Source: Intoshia linei (taxonomy: Eukaryota > Animalia > Orthonectida). Taken from it: DNA of 63,251 bases. A program made the translations under genes and the position numbers. The stretch covers positions 1-63,251 of the forward strand of contig LWCA01000064.1 of NCBI GenBank assembly GCA_001642005.1, in the 5' to 3' direction. A model generated the notes under the pieces. That model made no database searches and was not told where the DNA came from. It worked only from the letters and a program-made list of their open reading frames with translations. Below are positions 16,701 through 29,800 of this stretch, piece by piece; positions within the stretch are counted from its first letter, which is position 1, and every line of letters begins with the position of its first letter.

Positions 16701-18634
16701 AAATGTATATATTATTTTTTATTTTTGTCACAAAAAAAACCCCGCCTCTTTACCTTTTTCTGTTTTCCCAACATTTTTGACCTCGTAGTATGTGGTGATT
16801 GTATAACTATTTTGTGGTAATATAATACAATTTAATGAAAATATACCATTAAATGACCATTTCTACGTGAAGGGTTCGTTACTACCTTGAGAAGATCTGA
16901 ATAGTAATTTTGTTAATTTCAAATTTAGTTTACTCGAATTGGACTTTTTTCATAGAGCTCAAAGATTTCTAAAGACTAAAAAATCTACAGTAATATTTAA
17001 GTTATCAATCAAAACGCATCCAAGAATTTGTTTTTTAAAATTCTAGGGCTGATTTTATTTAAAAAAAGTGGAATTGGTTTTTTGATCTTGAAAAATTCAA
17101 TTCCTAAAAATGAAACTTGCATTAAAATTTTACTCGAAAATTGTTTTATTATATTAGAAATTTTTTTAAATTCTAGTACTTTTAATTTTTTAAAGAAACG
17201 ACAACACAGACATTCAATTTTATATACAAAGAATAGTATAGAAAGAATATGTGATTTTCAGTAACATTGGATAACCAAATTAGAGATAACACTAACGACA
17301 ACCCATATTTTGTTTCAATCCAATTTGGTACATGTGTGGTAAAAAAATTGCTACCCTTATTTTAAATTGAAAATACTTTCATGTTCTTAAGTTTGTAATT
17401 AATATTATTTAGCCTGCAAAAACAAAACAAAATGTATTCCCTACAGCAAAAAAACTAAAATTAGAACCACACGAACAAAATGTATTTTTGGATGGAGACA
17501 ATGTTTACATTTTTACGTATGAACCAAGATCTATTAAGAAATTTTTGATTGGTTGTCTTTTTGGTAATTTCATTATATTATTTATTTTCGATTATAATGG
17601 AAAAATTATCAAATTTTTATATTTGGTCAAAGCTTCGTAATGTCCAGGGGCGGATCCAAGAGGCTAGTTAATGGGGTGCGAGCGAAGCGAGCAATATATT
17701 TAATTTTGCCGAATACAAAAAAATTTTTAGGGGCGTCTCTTTTAATATTAAGGCGTGTAGTTTGATTTTAAAGCGTCTCTTTTTTTCATTTCAAAATTGT
17801 TATACAATAGTTTTCAAATTTGTATTTTTTCGCAAAAATAAAAAAATGTAATGTTATCCGCCATCTATAGTTTTAATAAATTAAAACCTTTTCCAGTTAT
17901 TTTACAAAACATTAATTCAAAATTTAGGGGTGCAACTGCACATTCTGCACCCCTATCCGCCTCTGCCGTCGGATCATTAACTTAAAACGTTTTATATTTA
18001 AAAAACCATTTCTATATTTTGTGACCAAAACAACATGTAAAGCTAGGGTTCCAAACTTTTTTCAGTGCGAACCGGTAATAAATTATAAAATGTATCGCGA
18101 ATTATGAAAGTGAAATTACTAGGCAACATTAGAAAAAATTTGATAACGTAATAAATTGACTTAATTAATTAGTAAACATTTTTCACGGACCGGCATTTGG
18201 GAAACGTTTATGTAAAGGATTCCTTGTATCTCGATTAATCAGTTTGTAGGTCAAATACAATGCACTGGTGGGAACACTTTCCCCATTTCTGTAGAATATT
18301 TTTATATTTAGTTTTGTTTAGTTGTGGGTACAGTAGCTGTGTGTATGTATCCATTATGGCCAGAAACCGGGAAAACTGGAGCTTATTATATTTCATTATT
18401 GTTAGGAATATTCGTAGCTGTTATTCTGTTTCTATCAGTGTGTAAGATTAAAGTATAAACCATTTAAATATAATATTTTTAGTTAGATACATTTTATGGA
18501 TTTTAATTTACGCCGTAACTTATGGAAAATTAGACTTTTTTCTGTTTCCAAATTTAACGGAAGATGTCGGATTTATAGATTCATTTATTCCCTTATACAT
18601 CATAAAACGACCAAAAAAGAAAAAGAAACTTTAA
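13792..18634 (+). CDS. SEC62: Translocation protein SEC62, 7 exons (first exon tentative)
   Basis: Exons 13792-13812 (tentative, MKEKKKN), 14684-14801 (YVDYFT), 15888-15975, 16929-16989 (LLELDFFHRA), 17413-17563 (FLDGDNVYIFTYEP), 18322-18441 (GTVAVCMYPLWP) and 18483-18634 (PNLTEDVGFIDSFIPLY). Phases are compatible. Confidence 0.93.
14171..14478 (+). mobile_element. ~310-bp hAT MITE (CAGGG termini), degenerate copy
   Basis: Colinear similarity to 27256-27579 and to 54280-54583 (minus), including the shared AGAAACGGTTCTAGTAT block. Confidence 0.75.
15268..15827 (+). mobile_element. hAT (Buster/Charlie-type) MITE carrying a Helitron-like segment
   Basis: TIR CAGTGATTTCCAACCT / AGGTTGGGGAACACTG, flanked by TTATAC on both sides. 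Subterminal palindrome TTACCCACGAGTGGGTAA. Relatives at 28441-30236 and 13385-13430 (minus). Confidence 0.8.
16300..16668. mobile_element. Tc1/mariner-pogo type MITE
   Basis: 23-bp TIR CAGTCAAAATCTCATTTAA(C/T)GAA with one mismatch, flanked by TA on both sides. Inserted in the hAT copy that begins at 16253. Confidence 0.9.
17645..17965. mobile_element. MITE with CAGGGGCGGAT termini (hAT-like) in a SEC62 intron
   Basis: TIR CAGGGGCGGAT / ATCCGCCTCTG. No TSD recognisable. Confidence 0.65.
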
Positions 18635-18662
18635 ATTAGTTAATATACATTTAATAAAAACA

Positions 18663-19405
18663 TTAAATTATAGACTGTACATTATGATTGTGCATATCAA
18701 ATAGAAACGAATACCGGTTATGTCTTTTACAAAGGTCAATTGGGTAATCACCACTATTTGATTTTACATCCAAATCGATACCTTCCTGTAAAAGAAGACA
18801 TTCTATGATTTCGCGATTATCAGAAGAACAAGCTAGATGTATCGGAGTAACATTAGAAGAAGTTTTGGCATTTACGTCTGCTCCGTGTTGAATTAACAAT
18901 ACAACCATATCTAGGTGTTTCCAGTGCACTGCGCTATGTAATGGGGTCCAGTTGGATTTAGTCAATGAGTTGATATTGGCTCCATTATCTAACAAATACT
19001 ATACTATTAACGATGAAAAAGAGATTAATACCAAAGCTATCTCGCAATTATCATTATAAACAGCTCTATGTAAGGGACTGTAACCGTCACTATCTTGGAT
19101 ATTAATTAAATTTGGATATTTTTGATGCAATTCCTGTAAAATAGCAATTTTATCATTTTCTGCTGCCCAAAGAAAGCGAATATCTTTCTTATCTAAAATG
19201 TATCAACCAAGTTTGTTAATTTGACCTACTTTCTATATCTTTCTGTGAAGCAAAATCTATATTGTTTTCGTCAAATTCCCAGTGACTTATAAATTTTTCT
19301 GGAACATTTTTTTTGGCTTCTTTAATCTATGTAATTTTTAAAATTTTTCACTAAACATTGAAAATTAACTTGATCAATCAAATCTTTATCCCACATTGGA
19401 TCCAT
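18663..19405 (-). CDS. ANKRD49: Ankyrin repeat protein, ANKRD49 orthologue, 4 exons
   Basis: The spliced product contains FLWAAENDK, DSDGYSPLHRAVY, GANINSLTKSNWTPLHSAVHW, TPIHLAC and YSFLFDM, colinear with ANKRD49 as I recall it. Three ~35-45 nt GT-AG introns. Confidence 0.85.
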
Positions 19406-19526
19406 TTTAATTTTCACAATTTTAATTTATGTCGATTTCAATAAATTTAAAAAAAAATATAACTTTATTAATCAACGATATTAAATTCTAATACGTGCAA
19501 TATTTAACTGACTTTTAATTACAAAT
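19406..19526. promoter_or_regulatory. Putative bidirectional promoter for ANKRD49 and NOP58
   Basis: Only 121 bp separate the two divergent ATGs. Confidence 0.6.
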
Positions 19527-22500
19527 ATGCTTGTATTGTTTGAAACGTCAGCTGGTTATGCCATTTTTAAATTATTTGATAAGAAAAAAATCAAAGATGT
19601 TCCCAATCTATTTGAAGAATTTCAGGATAATTTGAATTTGGACAATATATTGAAATTGGTCCACTTTGAAAAATTTAAAGATACAAATGATGCCTTAAAA
19701 TGTAATTTATTGGTTAAGTTGTTTTAAATTAATAATTTAGCTTTATTGGCTATTAATGAAAACAAATTGACAAGTAGTATCAAAAAGGCATTGAAAACAG
19801 TTTATACTGACTGCACAGATAAACTTGCACTAGTCGATTCTAAATTGGGTGCTAAAATTAATGTAATTTCGAGTTTTGTATTTACTCTATTACAAATTTT
19901 TAGGAAAAATATGGAATATCTTGTGTGTCAAATAGTAAAATTCAAGAATTACATAGATGTATAAGGTCGCAATATTCTACATTGATTGGTGGTTTGGATT
20001 TGGACCAAAGAGATGTTATGGCTCTAGGCTTGGCACACAGGTTTATTTTATTTATTTATTTCTGAGTCGTTTATTTAAAATTTTAAATTTTAAATTTGAT
20101 TGCATGTTAAACTAAGTTAAATTATTCTTAGTGTGTCGCATTATAAATTGAAATTTTCTCCAGATAAAATCGATACTATGATTGTCCAAGCTGTTTGTAA
20201 TATTTTTATTTTTTTTATTCTTATATTTTCATTTTAGCCTTGTTAGATGATTTGGATAAAGAAATAAATAATTATGCTATGAGAGCTAGAGAATGGTATG
20301 GTTGGCATTTTCCAGAATTGAGCAATATTATTTCGGATAATTGTGTCTATGCTAAATTAGTTAAAAAAATGGGTATTTCAATTTAGTTTATATAACTAAT
20401 TATTACTTTTAAGGCAATAGAAACAACAGCAAAACTTGTAAATTGGAGAAATATTTGGTTGAAACTGATTGTGAGCAAGTTCGTAAACTTGCAGAAATAT
20501 CGATGGGAAATGATATAACGGATGATGATGTAGATAATATTACTCAGTTGTGTGAACAGGTAAAAATTTAATTTATATATTGAAATGAAATAAAATAAAA
20601 TATTTCTGGGTATGGGCCATGTTGTATTTGGCGGATAAGAAAATAAACTATACGGCGGCGGAATTCATTTTATAATTTTTTTATAAATTTAATTTAGTGT
20701 CAGTTAAACTCATTGTTTAATTATGCTCAATGTAGCATCTAAATTTAGAGGTCAACTTTTTTATAGATTCCTGTTCTGAAAATCTTGTTTTTTTAATAAA
20801 ACGAACATTAACTTTGATTTCTGATTTGATTTTATGTTTTTAGAATTATTAGTATATGACGCTGGTGGCAGGATCACCTGTCTTTTTTCAACTATAAACA
20901 CAAAATTATTTTTTTTAAACTTTATTGTTTATTATTTCCAACATTTATTGACTCTAAATCTAATATTTCAGATGCTGTCTGAGAATTACCAAATGTCGCG
21001 ATAATCAAAAATATTTTTGTATCTTTAAAAAAAGGTCTAAATTGGAACCCTAATGTAGTCTTGTCAATGAAAATTTTTTCAACAATCGTTCACAAATTCA
21101 TTTATATTCATTTTTATTCGCCAAACGTCCACCAAAATCTAAATGAGAAAATATTACTGGGGTTTACCGACCTGTCCATATTTCTCATTAATGAATTAAT
21201 TGGATCCTTTTTTAATGAATTAGATCAGTGTTTCTTAACCGGAATCACAAAATTTTTGCGTGTGCCATGAAAAATTTAAAAAAACTTTGCAGCTTTTAGT
21301 TGCAGAATTTTATACAGTAGTAAAAATTTTCAATGAACACCCATTATTTAGAAGGTTTACTATTTTTTAATTTTTTTAAATTCCAAGTGGCCCAATGGAA
21401 AAAATATAAATACCAATAATACACATTGTATTAATATGTAAAGAACAAGGGTATTTACTTTACATTTTAAGCCAGCTGTCGTGACAGGGCTAGGGGGCCA
21501 TATGGCCCAGGTGTACAATCATGAGGGGCCTAATATTTTAATTTATTAATATTATATATATAATCTTGGAAAATTTCTTAAGTATGTCAAAATTATGATG
21601 ACCAATGCTATTTTCAATTTTTATTACAAGGTATAGACGTTTTAATATTATAAAAAAATTTATAGGGGCCTACAATTTTCATCTGACCAGAACCTACTGC
21701 TGAAACTCCACGGCGTTTGCTGTGAACTGTAATATCATTTTATCATATGTTAATATTATAGCTGTTGTGATATCAGCTATGGTGTATTACTGTTAATAAT
21801 GTGTCAAAACTTTAAAAATGACCCGTTGGCAATCACGGCCCTAATATATACTATTTTATGTTTTATCTTTGAATGAAATCATTTAGATTATTGATTTATC
21901 AAAATACAAAGTTCAATTGAGTGATTATTTAAAAAACAGAATGTCTATTGTAGCTCCAAATTTAACGGCTTTGGTCGGAGAACTTGTTGGTGCCAGACTC
22001 ATTTCACATGCTGGTATTTGATTGCATTCAATTATATAATTAAAAGTTGTTATTTACGACTATTCTGTTACGCATCAGGATTTTAATCCGGTATTCGCAG
22101 CGTGGTACCTGTGAACATAATACCCTTTTTTATTAAAAACTGGCTTGCCCGTTTTGTACGCTATTTTTTCATTTTAGAAGGTTTAGCAATATTTTTGGTT
22201 CATGATTTTTAAAAATATAAATTTTTTTGAAATTAATTTAATTTGAAGCGTACCCAAAAAAATGAGAAGACTTGTTTATGTTGTTTCATTTTATGAAGTT
22301 TAGATTATGATTATTTTATATAATTTAATGTTAGGTTCCTTATTTGCTTTGGCTAAACACCCTGCATCAACTATTCAAATATTTGGAGCTGAAAAGGCTT
22401 TATTCAGAGCACTCAAACACAAGCACGACACTCCAAAATATGGGATAATATTTCATGCGTCTTATGTTGGTCAAGTCAGCTCAAAGTTGAAAGGAAAGGT

Positions 22501-22999
22501 ACATATTTTGATTTTGTTAGAATTGATCAATATATTTCTTATTGTTTTATATACAATGTATATTATACAATTATAAATTAAGATATCTCGCAAATTGGCA
22601 GCAAAAACATCTTTAGCTATTAGGATGGATGCGTTTACAGAGGGTGAAAATTCAGTTCATAAAAGTACTCTAGAAAACATTGTAAAAATTGAATCTGGCA
22701 TCAAATATCTGGAACATAAACAGGTATAAAAATTTACTTTTACTACCTAAAAATATTGTTTCCTTTAACAAAAATTTAAACTGACTTTAGAATCGTGGTG
22801 CAATGGCTAGCGGACGTACCAGTTTAAACCAAAAAAAAATTCACAATAAAACGTAAAACTTTTGAATTTTTCAATGCATTTTAAATTTAGATTCACCGAG
22901 TCGAATGATATTAAACCAAATTCAACAATTCCTGTAGATAAAAAAAAGCGAAAAATGAAGACTACCCACGGTGATGAGAAAAAAGTCAAAGTAGAATGA
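19527..22999 (+). CDS. NOP58: Box C/D snoRNP protein NOP58, 11 exons
   Basis: Exons 19527-19701, 19741-19862, 19904-20040, 20132-20196, 20238-20372, 20414-20559, 21887-22013, 22335-22498, 22583-22723, 22791-22852 and 22891-22999. Motifs [42 protein letters not shown] and [22 protein letters not shown]. Confidence 0.96.
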
Positions 23000-23015
23000 T
23001 TTGTATATTAATTTA

Positions 23016-23729
23016 TTAAATGTATGTATTTTTCATAAGTCTCTAAAATAGAATATATGAGTGATCATTTTTGTTACTTTTAATTCATTCATTGATAAAC
23101 TCTCTGTATTTAGTTTAGCATGTAAATTTTGTCCATCTCGGTCACAAATATAACTATTAGTCGAAAGTTTAGCCGTCTTATTATATCTGCTGTCTATATC
23201 AATTTCCAAGTTGGCCCTATATTTGAAAAATTGATATTTTTTTAATTGACTTACGATTGGCTCATAGATGTGTAATTGTACTTTAAGTTGAAATTTTGAC
23301 AATTTTTTATCATGGAACTATTACATTTAACGCTACCCCCTATACTGGTGTATTTAAATTAAAATGTTCAGTTTTACCTGCCAATTGAGCTCTAATTAAA
23401 CCATTGTTAATTTTTCTATTTTTAAAGGAATAATTATTTTTCTCGGTTTTTATGTAGTTGCAGCTATTCAAAGTGTGTGGCGCAAATCTGTCGTTACAAA
23501 CAGATGATTCAAATTGCACTCCTTTACCACTATGTTGTACTCTATCGGAGCTGACAAAATTGTTTTTGTAGTCGAGGAATGGATATTTGTTTAATTTGTA
23601 ATCTTTAAAGTGATGATGATAGGCAGCAGGTGATATTATAGAACTAATTGGGTCGAAATAACTGTCAGAATCTCGATTTGGCTGAGGGCATTGATTTGGA
23701 CCATCATTTTCGTATATAATGTTGGACAT
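23016..23729 (-). CDS. Unknown ~215-aa protein, 3 exons
   Basis: ORFs 23340-23729 and 23033-23302 join in frame through a 28-nt GT-AG intron (23318-23345). A probable 35-nt intron (23043-23077) gives the ending LKRLMKNTYI*. No family recognised. Confidence 0.6.
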
Positions 23730-23859
23730 TTTGATTAAATTTAATTATGAATGAAATTAGAGCATAAAAACAGATACATATCTATAACGAAATACACTCA
23801 TTATTGAATGTGAATAGAATAGAATCGAAAATTTTATTTAAAATTACAACTGTAATACA

Positions 23860-26800
23860 CTAAGCATGCATGAGCAATGAAACTCCAGCTAGGGTCCAGC
23901 GAGCATGTTTATCCTTGGTTTTAAGGTTAAATGTCCATACAAAGGTGGGACCACGTTGTTTGGTTTTGTACACTGGGCAAGCATAAATGTTTTTAGTTTC
24001 TTGACGATCGACGGGAATGGCTTTAACAAAAATGACAGGCATTTGTGGTGTTAATTCTTTTAATCGCGATTCACCAATTATTCCACTTTGTATATCCCAC
24101 CTGGCACCTTCCATGAATAAACCGTGGATGTACGCTCCTTCTCTGGGTGGACTGGCTATGTCGTCTTTTGATTTTTTTGTTACATCGCATTGTAGGCACA
24201 TTTTATCTAAAGGCCATTCATTTTTCCTTGACATTTGTTGCATGATTGCGGTGAGGAATGACTGAGGGTTAAAGAAACCTGACAGCCATACTACAGCTGG
24301 TAATTGGAAATCAGAAACCCAAGTTTCCAATTCTTTTGACCTTTGTATCAAATCGCTGTACCAGAGCAACAAATTGTCGAGTGAGGGATAAGCCCGCGAT
24401 GTCCAACTGGTTGGTACTCTATCCAAAAATAAAGCATTGTTCAAATCTTCCATATCTGCACTAATTGTTAGTTCACCCTAAAATTAAAAAAGTTATTATG
24501 TTTTGTTAAAAAACATACTTTTAATCCTAAATTCAACTCTTTCAGAGAACGGCGAATTTCATTTGATAAAGTATTCATTCTCGTGCATTCTTGTAGAGCC
24601 ACAATCTAATAATGTATATTAAATAAACGTTTAATCTTACTGTATAAGGAGTCCGTTCTTCTACGGGAACCTTCAAGTTTAATTCCAACATATTAAATTC
24701 GTCAGGCAGTCGTTCGTATAAATTGTCGAGTAAATTTTTGATCTAATTTTAACGTCAACAAAATGTTTGCAATTGTAAAATTACCATTTCTTCCCTTGTT
24801 TCTCCACCACTTTCACCTTCAACATTATCTTGGGGTTGTAGTTCAAGTAGAATGCTGAATAAGTTATTTGAATTGATTGTTAAGAATTCAATTTCTGCAT
24901 TTGGATGTAATCCGTATAGGTAGGGACTTTCTAGAGGCAGACATTCGTCAATATACGTATGATATCCCTTGTAATCTGTGTTGGATGGCATCGGGAAGCC
25001 TGGAGCCAAATATAATTCACCGTCCAGCTTTAAAATTATTAAATAAAATAAAAAAATTGGATCAGTAAATCAGGGCAATAATGATTTACTCAAAATCAAT
25101 TAAAAATAAAAATTACCATCGACTCTTGCATGTATTCTTCCAAGTAAGTTGAACAAAGTCGTCTATCCCAATCATCGGTAATGTGACCACCATACATAAT
25201 TTCACCAAATAAATATCTTAAATCTTCCCACGGAACTTTAGGGTTTGCTTCAATATAATTAAAAAGTACATTTACGCTTATAGTCAAGTCTCCCACATTA
25301 AACGGATAAGGTCGATTCCATCCTTGTGGTCCAAACTTTCGTCTTTCACAAACTACTGCGTGGAAATAACAAAGTGAAAATAACACAGATTTAAATTCGT
25401 TTTCTCTAGCACACATTTCAAGGGTATTTTGACTGAAATTATCCAGTGCCTTGTGTAAATTCGCCAACATTCCCGTTGGAGCTTCATTTGTAATTTTAAT
25501 AGCGGATTCCAAAATTCCTTGAGGAATTATGTGAAATTCAGGCGAACCAGCTGGTTCAGCACTTATGTACAATCTATAATCTTTGTGACTATTTTCACTA
25601 TAAGTTTCTAATAACTTTTCTAACGTGGGCAACCATTTTGAAACCAAATGAATATTCTAAATATCACATTTAATAATAAATTTATCAATGTATAAAATGT
25701 GTAGCGAGATAAATTTTTTCCCAAAAAATCGACTTTTTAAAATTTAGTAAAAAATGGCCTAGATTTCTAGATTCCTAAAATGTTTATAATTATCGTACCT
25801 GTAAGACAACCCAGTGGCCTTGTTCAGAAGCTAATTTCATGGCATCTTCAGCTACAGTTTCTTGGCCTTGGCCCAAAGAAATGTTGTGGAAATTTTCTTT
25901 ATCTACAGTGAATCCCATATTCTTACCTAGCGCTTCAACATCTTTGAGGGGGTCTACACCTGGAGATAGAATGAAAAATACTGGTGTAGATATATCAGTC
26001 TCTTCATACGATTTAGCAAATTCAGTACTAGTATTTTCAACGTATTTACTACCCAGTTGCTCCTCTATAAAGTTTTTTATGGCGTACGACATTCTGTCTG
26101 GTCTAAGAGCTCTTAGCATGCACAATTTTTGTAGTGAATTTTTATTTTTCCATTCTTGAGGGAATTTTTCCTTTTCAGTGGTTTCACTTTCAACAAATTT
26201 TTTCCACCGTTTTGCTGAACCTTCAATATCCCTATCCAAATTTCTAAATTCATCATTCGTTGCGAGTTCCTAAATTAATTTAAATTATTCATATACAAAA
26301 GTTAAAAGTTATGCAAACGAAAGTTTGAATAATGTATTTAAAATTTACCTTGATGCCTCCCCAAGAAAGACTATTAAGAAAATCTACGGGGCTTACAGCA
26401 TTTTCAACTATTGGAAATCGCAATAAAAAGTTGAATTCTTCGTTATTCAGTTTGTCAGAATTTAACAGTATCTGGAAAGTCATTTGTGCAGTAAAAATTA
26501 ATTTATCTTTTTCAAACAATCCACGTGTAGTGTATATAAATACACTATATGTTATGAAATCTATCAAAATTTCCACACGTTTACTCACATCATCGTCTGG
26601 TTCTGATTTATCGATGGCTTTTTCGAATACAAATGTGAATGCTTTTAAAGAAAATTGATACATGGGGTTTATTTTGTTGAGTTCCACTAAAACAAAATAT
26701 AAGAGAGAAGATCTTGTGGCAGCCTAAATTTAATTTGTTACAATTAATTAAAAAAAATCTACATATATTTTTATTGTAATTCAGAACCGACCTACCGTAC

Positions 26801-29800
26801 CAAATTGGGAGCTGATAGGTATATAAGAAGTGGCTATGGCTATATGTATTATGAATGATTTACAAAAAAAAATTTGGGCCATTGTACATTTTCGGGAAAT
26901 TCGAGGATGTTAGGTTCAGCTCTATTCAAGTTAACAGAATTCTAAACCATCAAAATAAAATTATCAAAATATTTATTGAATAAATATTAATTATTGGTTT
27001 ATTCTTGGACAAAATCTAACGAAATGTTGCATATTGGATAAGAATGACTATACATGTGTATATTATTTTTACGATAGGTCGAGAAATTTGACCGGATTTT
27101 TCCTGGACACAGTCACCAGTTCAAGTTAAATACTCACATATTAACGTCACAATGGACCATTATGCTTTTTGAAAATAATATTTCCATAGACGAAACAAGG
27201 TATACAAAAGGAAAATATGAAGCACATCATTTGAGAAGTCGTCCAATCTCTAGAGCAGGGATCGGAAATCTTTTTCATCTCGTCAGCCATTTTTTTATAT
27301 CAAAAAATCAAATGGGCCTGTTTTTGAAAATTTACACATGATAAATTTCAATTTTAACTGAAAAGAAACGGTTCTAGTATAATAACAAAATAAAATCCGG
27401 GACGATCCGAATATTCACTATTAAAACGATTATAATGAGCGAATTATAATAGAAAAGTTTAAGTTAAGTTTAAGTTTAAACAGGTGTTTCAAAGTTAAAA
27501 AATTTAAAAATAAATAATGTACATATTCACTCAAAGGACCGCCAAAATTATTCTGTGAGCCACTGGCTCCCGACTCCTGATCTAGAGCAATATTCATTTA
27601 AGCGATGAATTGTTAGAGCGATATAATCATCGATTTTGCTAATTATTCATATTATTGATTTTTTGATCAAACTTTTGTGGAAAATTTTTCCACCCCATTT
27701 TTATATATTTTAACGATATTTTTATTATCAACAATTTGTAGGGTTTATAAGGGAAGTTTTTTTTCACCCAATTTTGAAATATTTTAACAATAATTTGAGA
27801 CAAAAAGTTAATAGGGTCTTTAAGGGAACATTTTTTCATTTAATTTTTAAAAATTTTGTCGATTTAAAATGTTTTAAAATATTCCCTTAAAAATCATACC
27901 CAACTTTTGGATCAAAATTATCTTCAAAAGTCACTCTAAGACAATGGTTCCCGATTGGAGTAACTGGACCCATTGGGGTCCAAAATTCAAATAAAATATA
28001 AAAAATTTTATCAACGTTTGTTAATTTTATAACAGAATTTTTAATATTTATTACAGAGCTGCCAGATGTTAAAAATTTATCTCAAAATCTAAACGAACGC
28101 TACATTATTATTTATAAAATGCTACTTTTATCCCATCATTAATAAAATTCAATAAAAAGTACCATTTCAAACCCTCACATTAAAATCGACTTTCACCAAT
28201 ATTTTTTTCAAAAATTGACTTTTTCCAATATTTTTTTAAAAAACACGATTTTACCATAATTATGAAAATGCTTATCAAAAAAAACCTTTAATTTTATGTG
28301 TTAAGATGTTTTATATTTCATATTTACTTAAGGATACAAAAAATTAAAATTTTTGAAATGGGGGTTCCTACATTATTTGAATCGGGATTCCCGATTCGGG
28401 GACCACTGCCCTAATATTATTTAACATGATAAATCTAACACAGTGATTCCCAACCTGTGGGCATTTACCCACGAGTGGGTAATTTGATATTTTTAATGGG
28501 TAATCGCGAAATTTGTTCTTTTCCTAAATAATACAATAATATTAATAATGTTAAGTAAAAATAAAATGTAGTCATGTAATAAAGGAATATATTATTTACT
28601 TATATAAAATTGAATGTCTGTATGTGTGTTAGAGTTTATTTAAAAATTAACAGTCGTATAATTTAATAAATCCAATTTCTAATAGAGTTTTTCGCAGGTA
28701 ATGTTTATATCTAAGTTTTATTTCCTAAAATTGAATCCTTCATCGTCAAAAACCAAATTTTCCCTTTTTTAAAAAATAAAATAAACTTAAAAATTTAAAA
28801 AAACATAAATTCTGGTATAGTTATTAAAATCATGAATGGTAATCTTAAAAAAGTGAATTTTCACGATAAAAACTGCATAGTAGCCTTTTTTAAAAAAATA
28901 ATAATAGTCCTATAACTTAAAAAAAGTTATAGTAATAGTTAAGTTATAGTTATATATACGAAAATATTTTATTATTTTCAAAAAATAATTATTAATCATG
29001 GAAACAATTATTATTGGTGTTGAAATTCAAAGTAATTTAAAATTTAAACGAATAATTTTGTTATTATAAAAGTGAAATTTTAGTTTAACAATTTAGCAAT
29101 AATTATCTAATCTTTAGCAACATCTTATAGTTAACTATCATTATCTGACCAAATGCATTTCCTTTAATGTTGTTTCTCACAATTTTAAGTCATTGAAGGG
29201 TTATAAATCTTATATTTGTTTATTCATCAACTTGTTAAAAGTGCTAATCGTGAAATTTTAACATTTGTCTGGTTTTATTTAGTTAGTCCATTTATAATTG
29301 TCATTGTTTTTCGTTCATTATATTAATCATTTTATTTCAGTAATATGGAAGTGAGGTCGATATGCATGCCGACTAATAATATGTAAAATTATGTTGTTTA
29401 AAGTTCAATATAAAACTAAAATTTTTAACTGTAAAAAATAATCTAAAATTTAGATTCTAAATATATAATATATGTAACCAAATGAATTATAATATTACGC
29501 TAGTTACCAACTAAATGTTTAAAAATAAACATCACCTATTATATAGTATTTTAAAGTTATTAATTGAATTCCGCTTAATGTTTTTTGAGAATTGAGAATT
29601 TTTAATAACGGCATATTATTTTTCACATGTCAAAACATACTCTCTGCTCATGTGCTAATTTTTTTTTTGAACAGCCCTAATATCCAGTTAACACACACAA
29701 AAAATTTCAATCTAACAAAATGACGCCTACACGCTAAAAAAAGCACTTAAGTATTAATTTTTTTTATTTGGAACTGTTTTATCATTATCAAATAAATAAT

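Noticed and set aside
11111-17264. Short F/I/K/L/N-rich ORFs (11111, 11587, 12893, 13195, 14374, 17028 and similar at 27639, 33046, 37296, 55710)
   Set aside because: They fall inside AT-rich repeats and are best explained as chance ORFs.
22060-22275. Hairpin plus ACATAA in a NOP58 intron, suggesting an H/ACA snoRNA
   Set aside because: No convincing second hairpin or terminal ACA box. The ends (CAGG... and ...AAAAATGAGAAGACTTG) look more like a degenerate hAT MITE. No C/D box pair was seen in the short NOP58 introns examined either.
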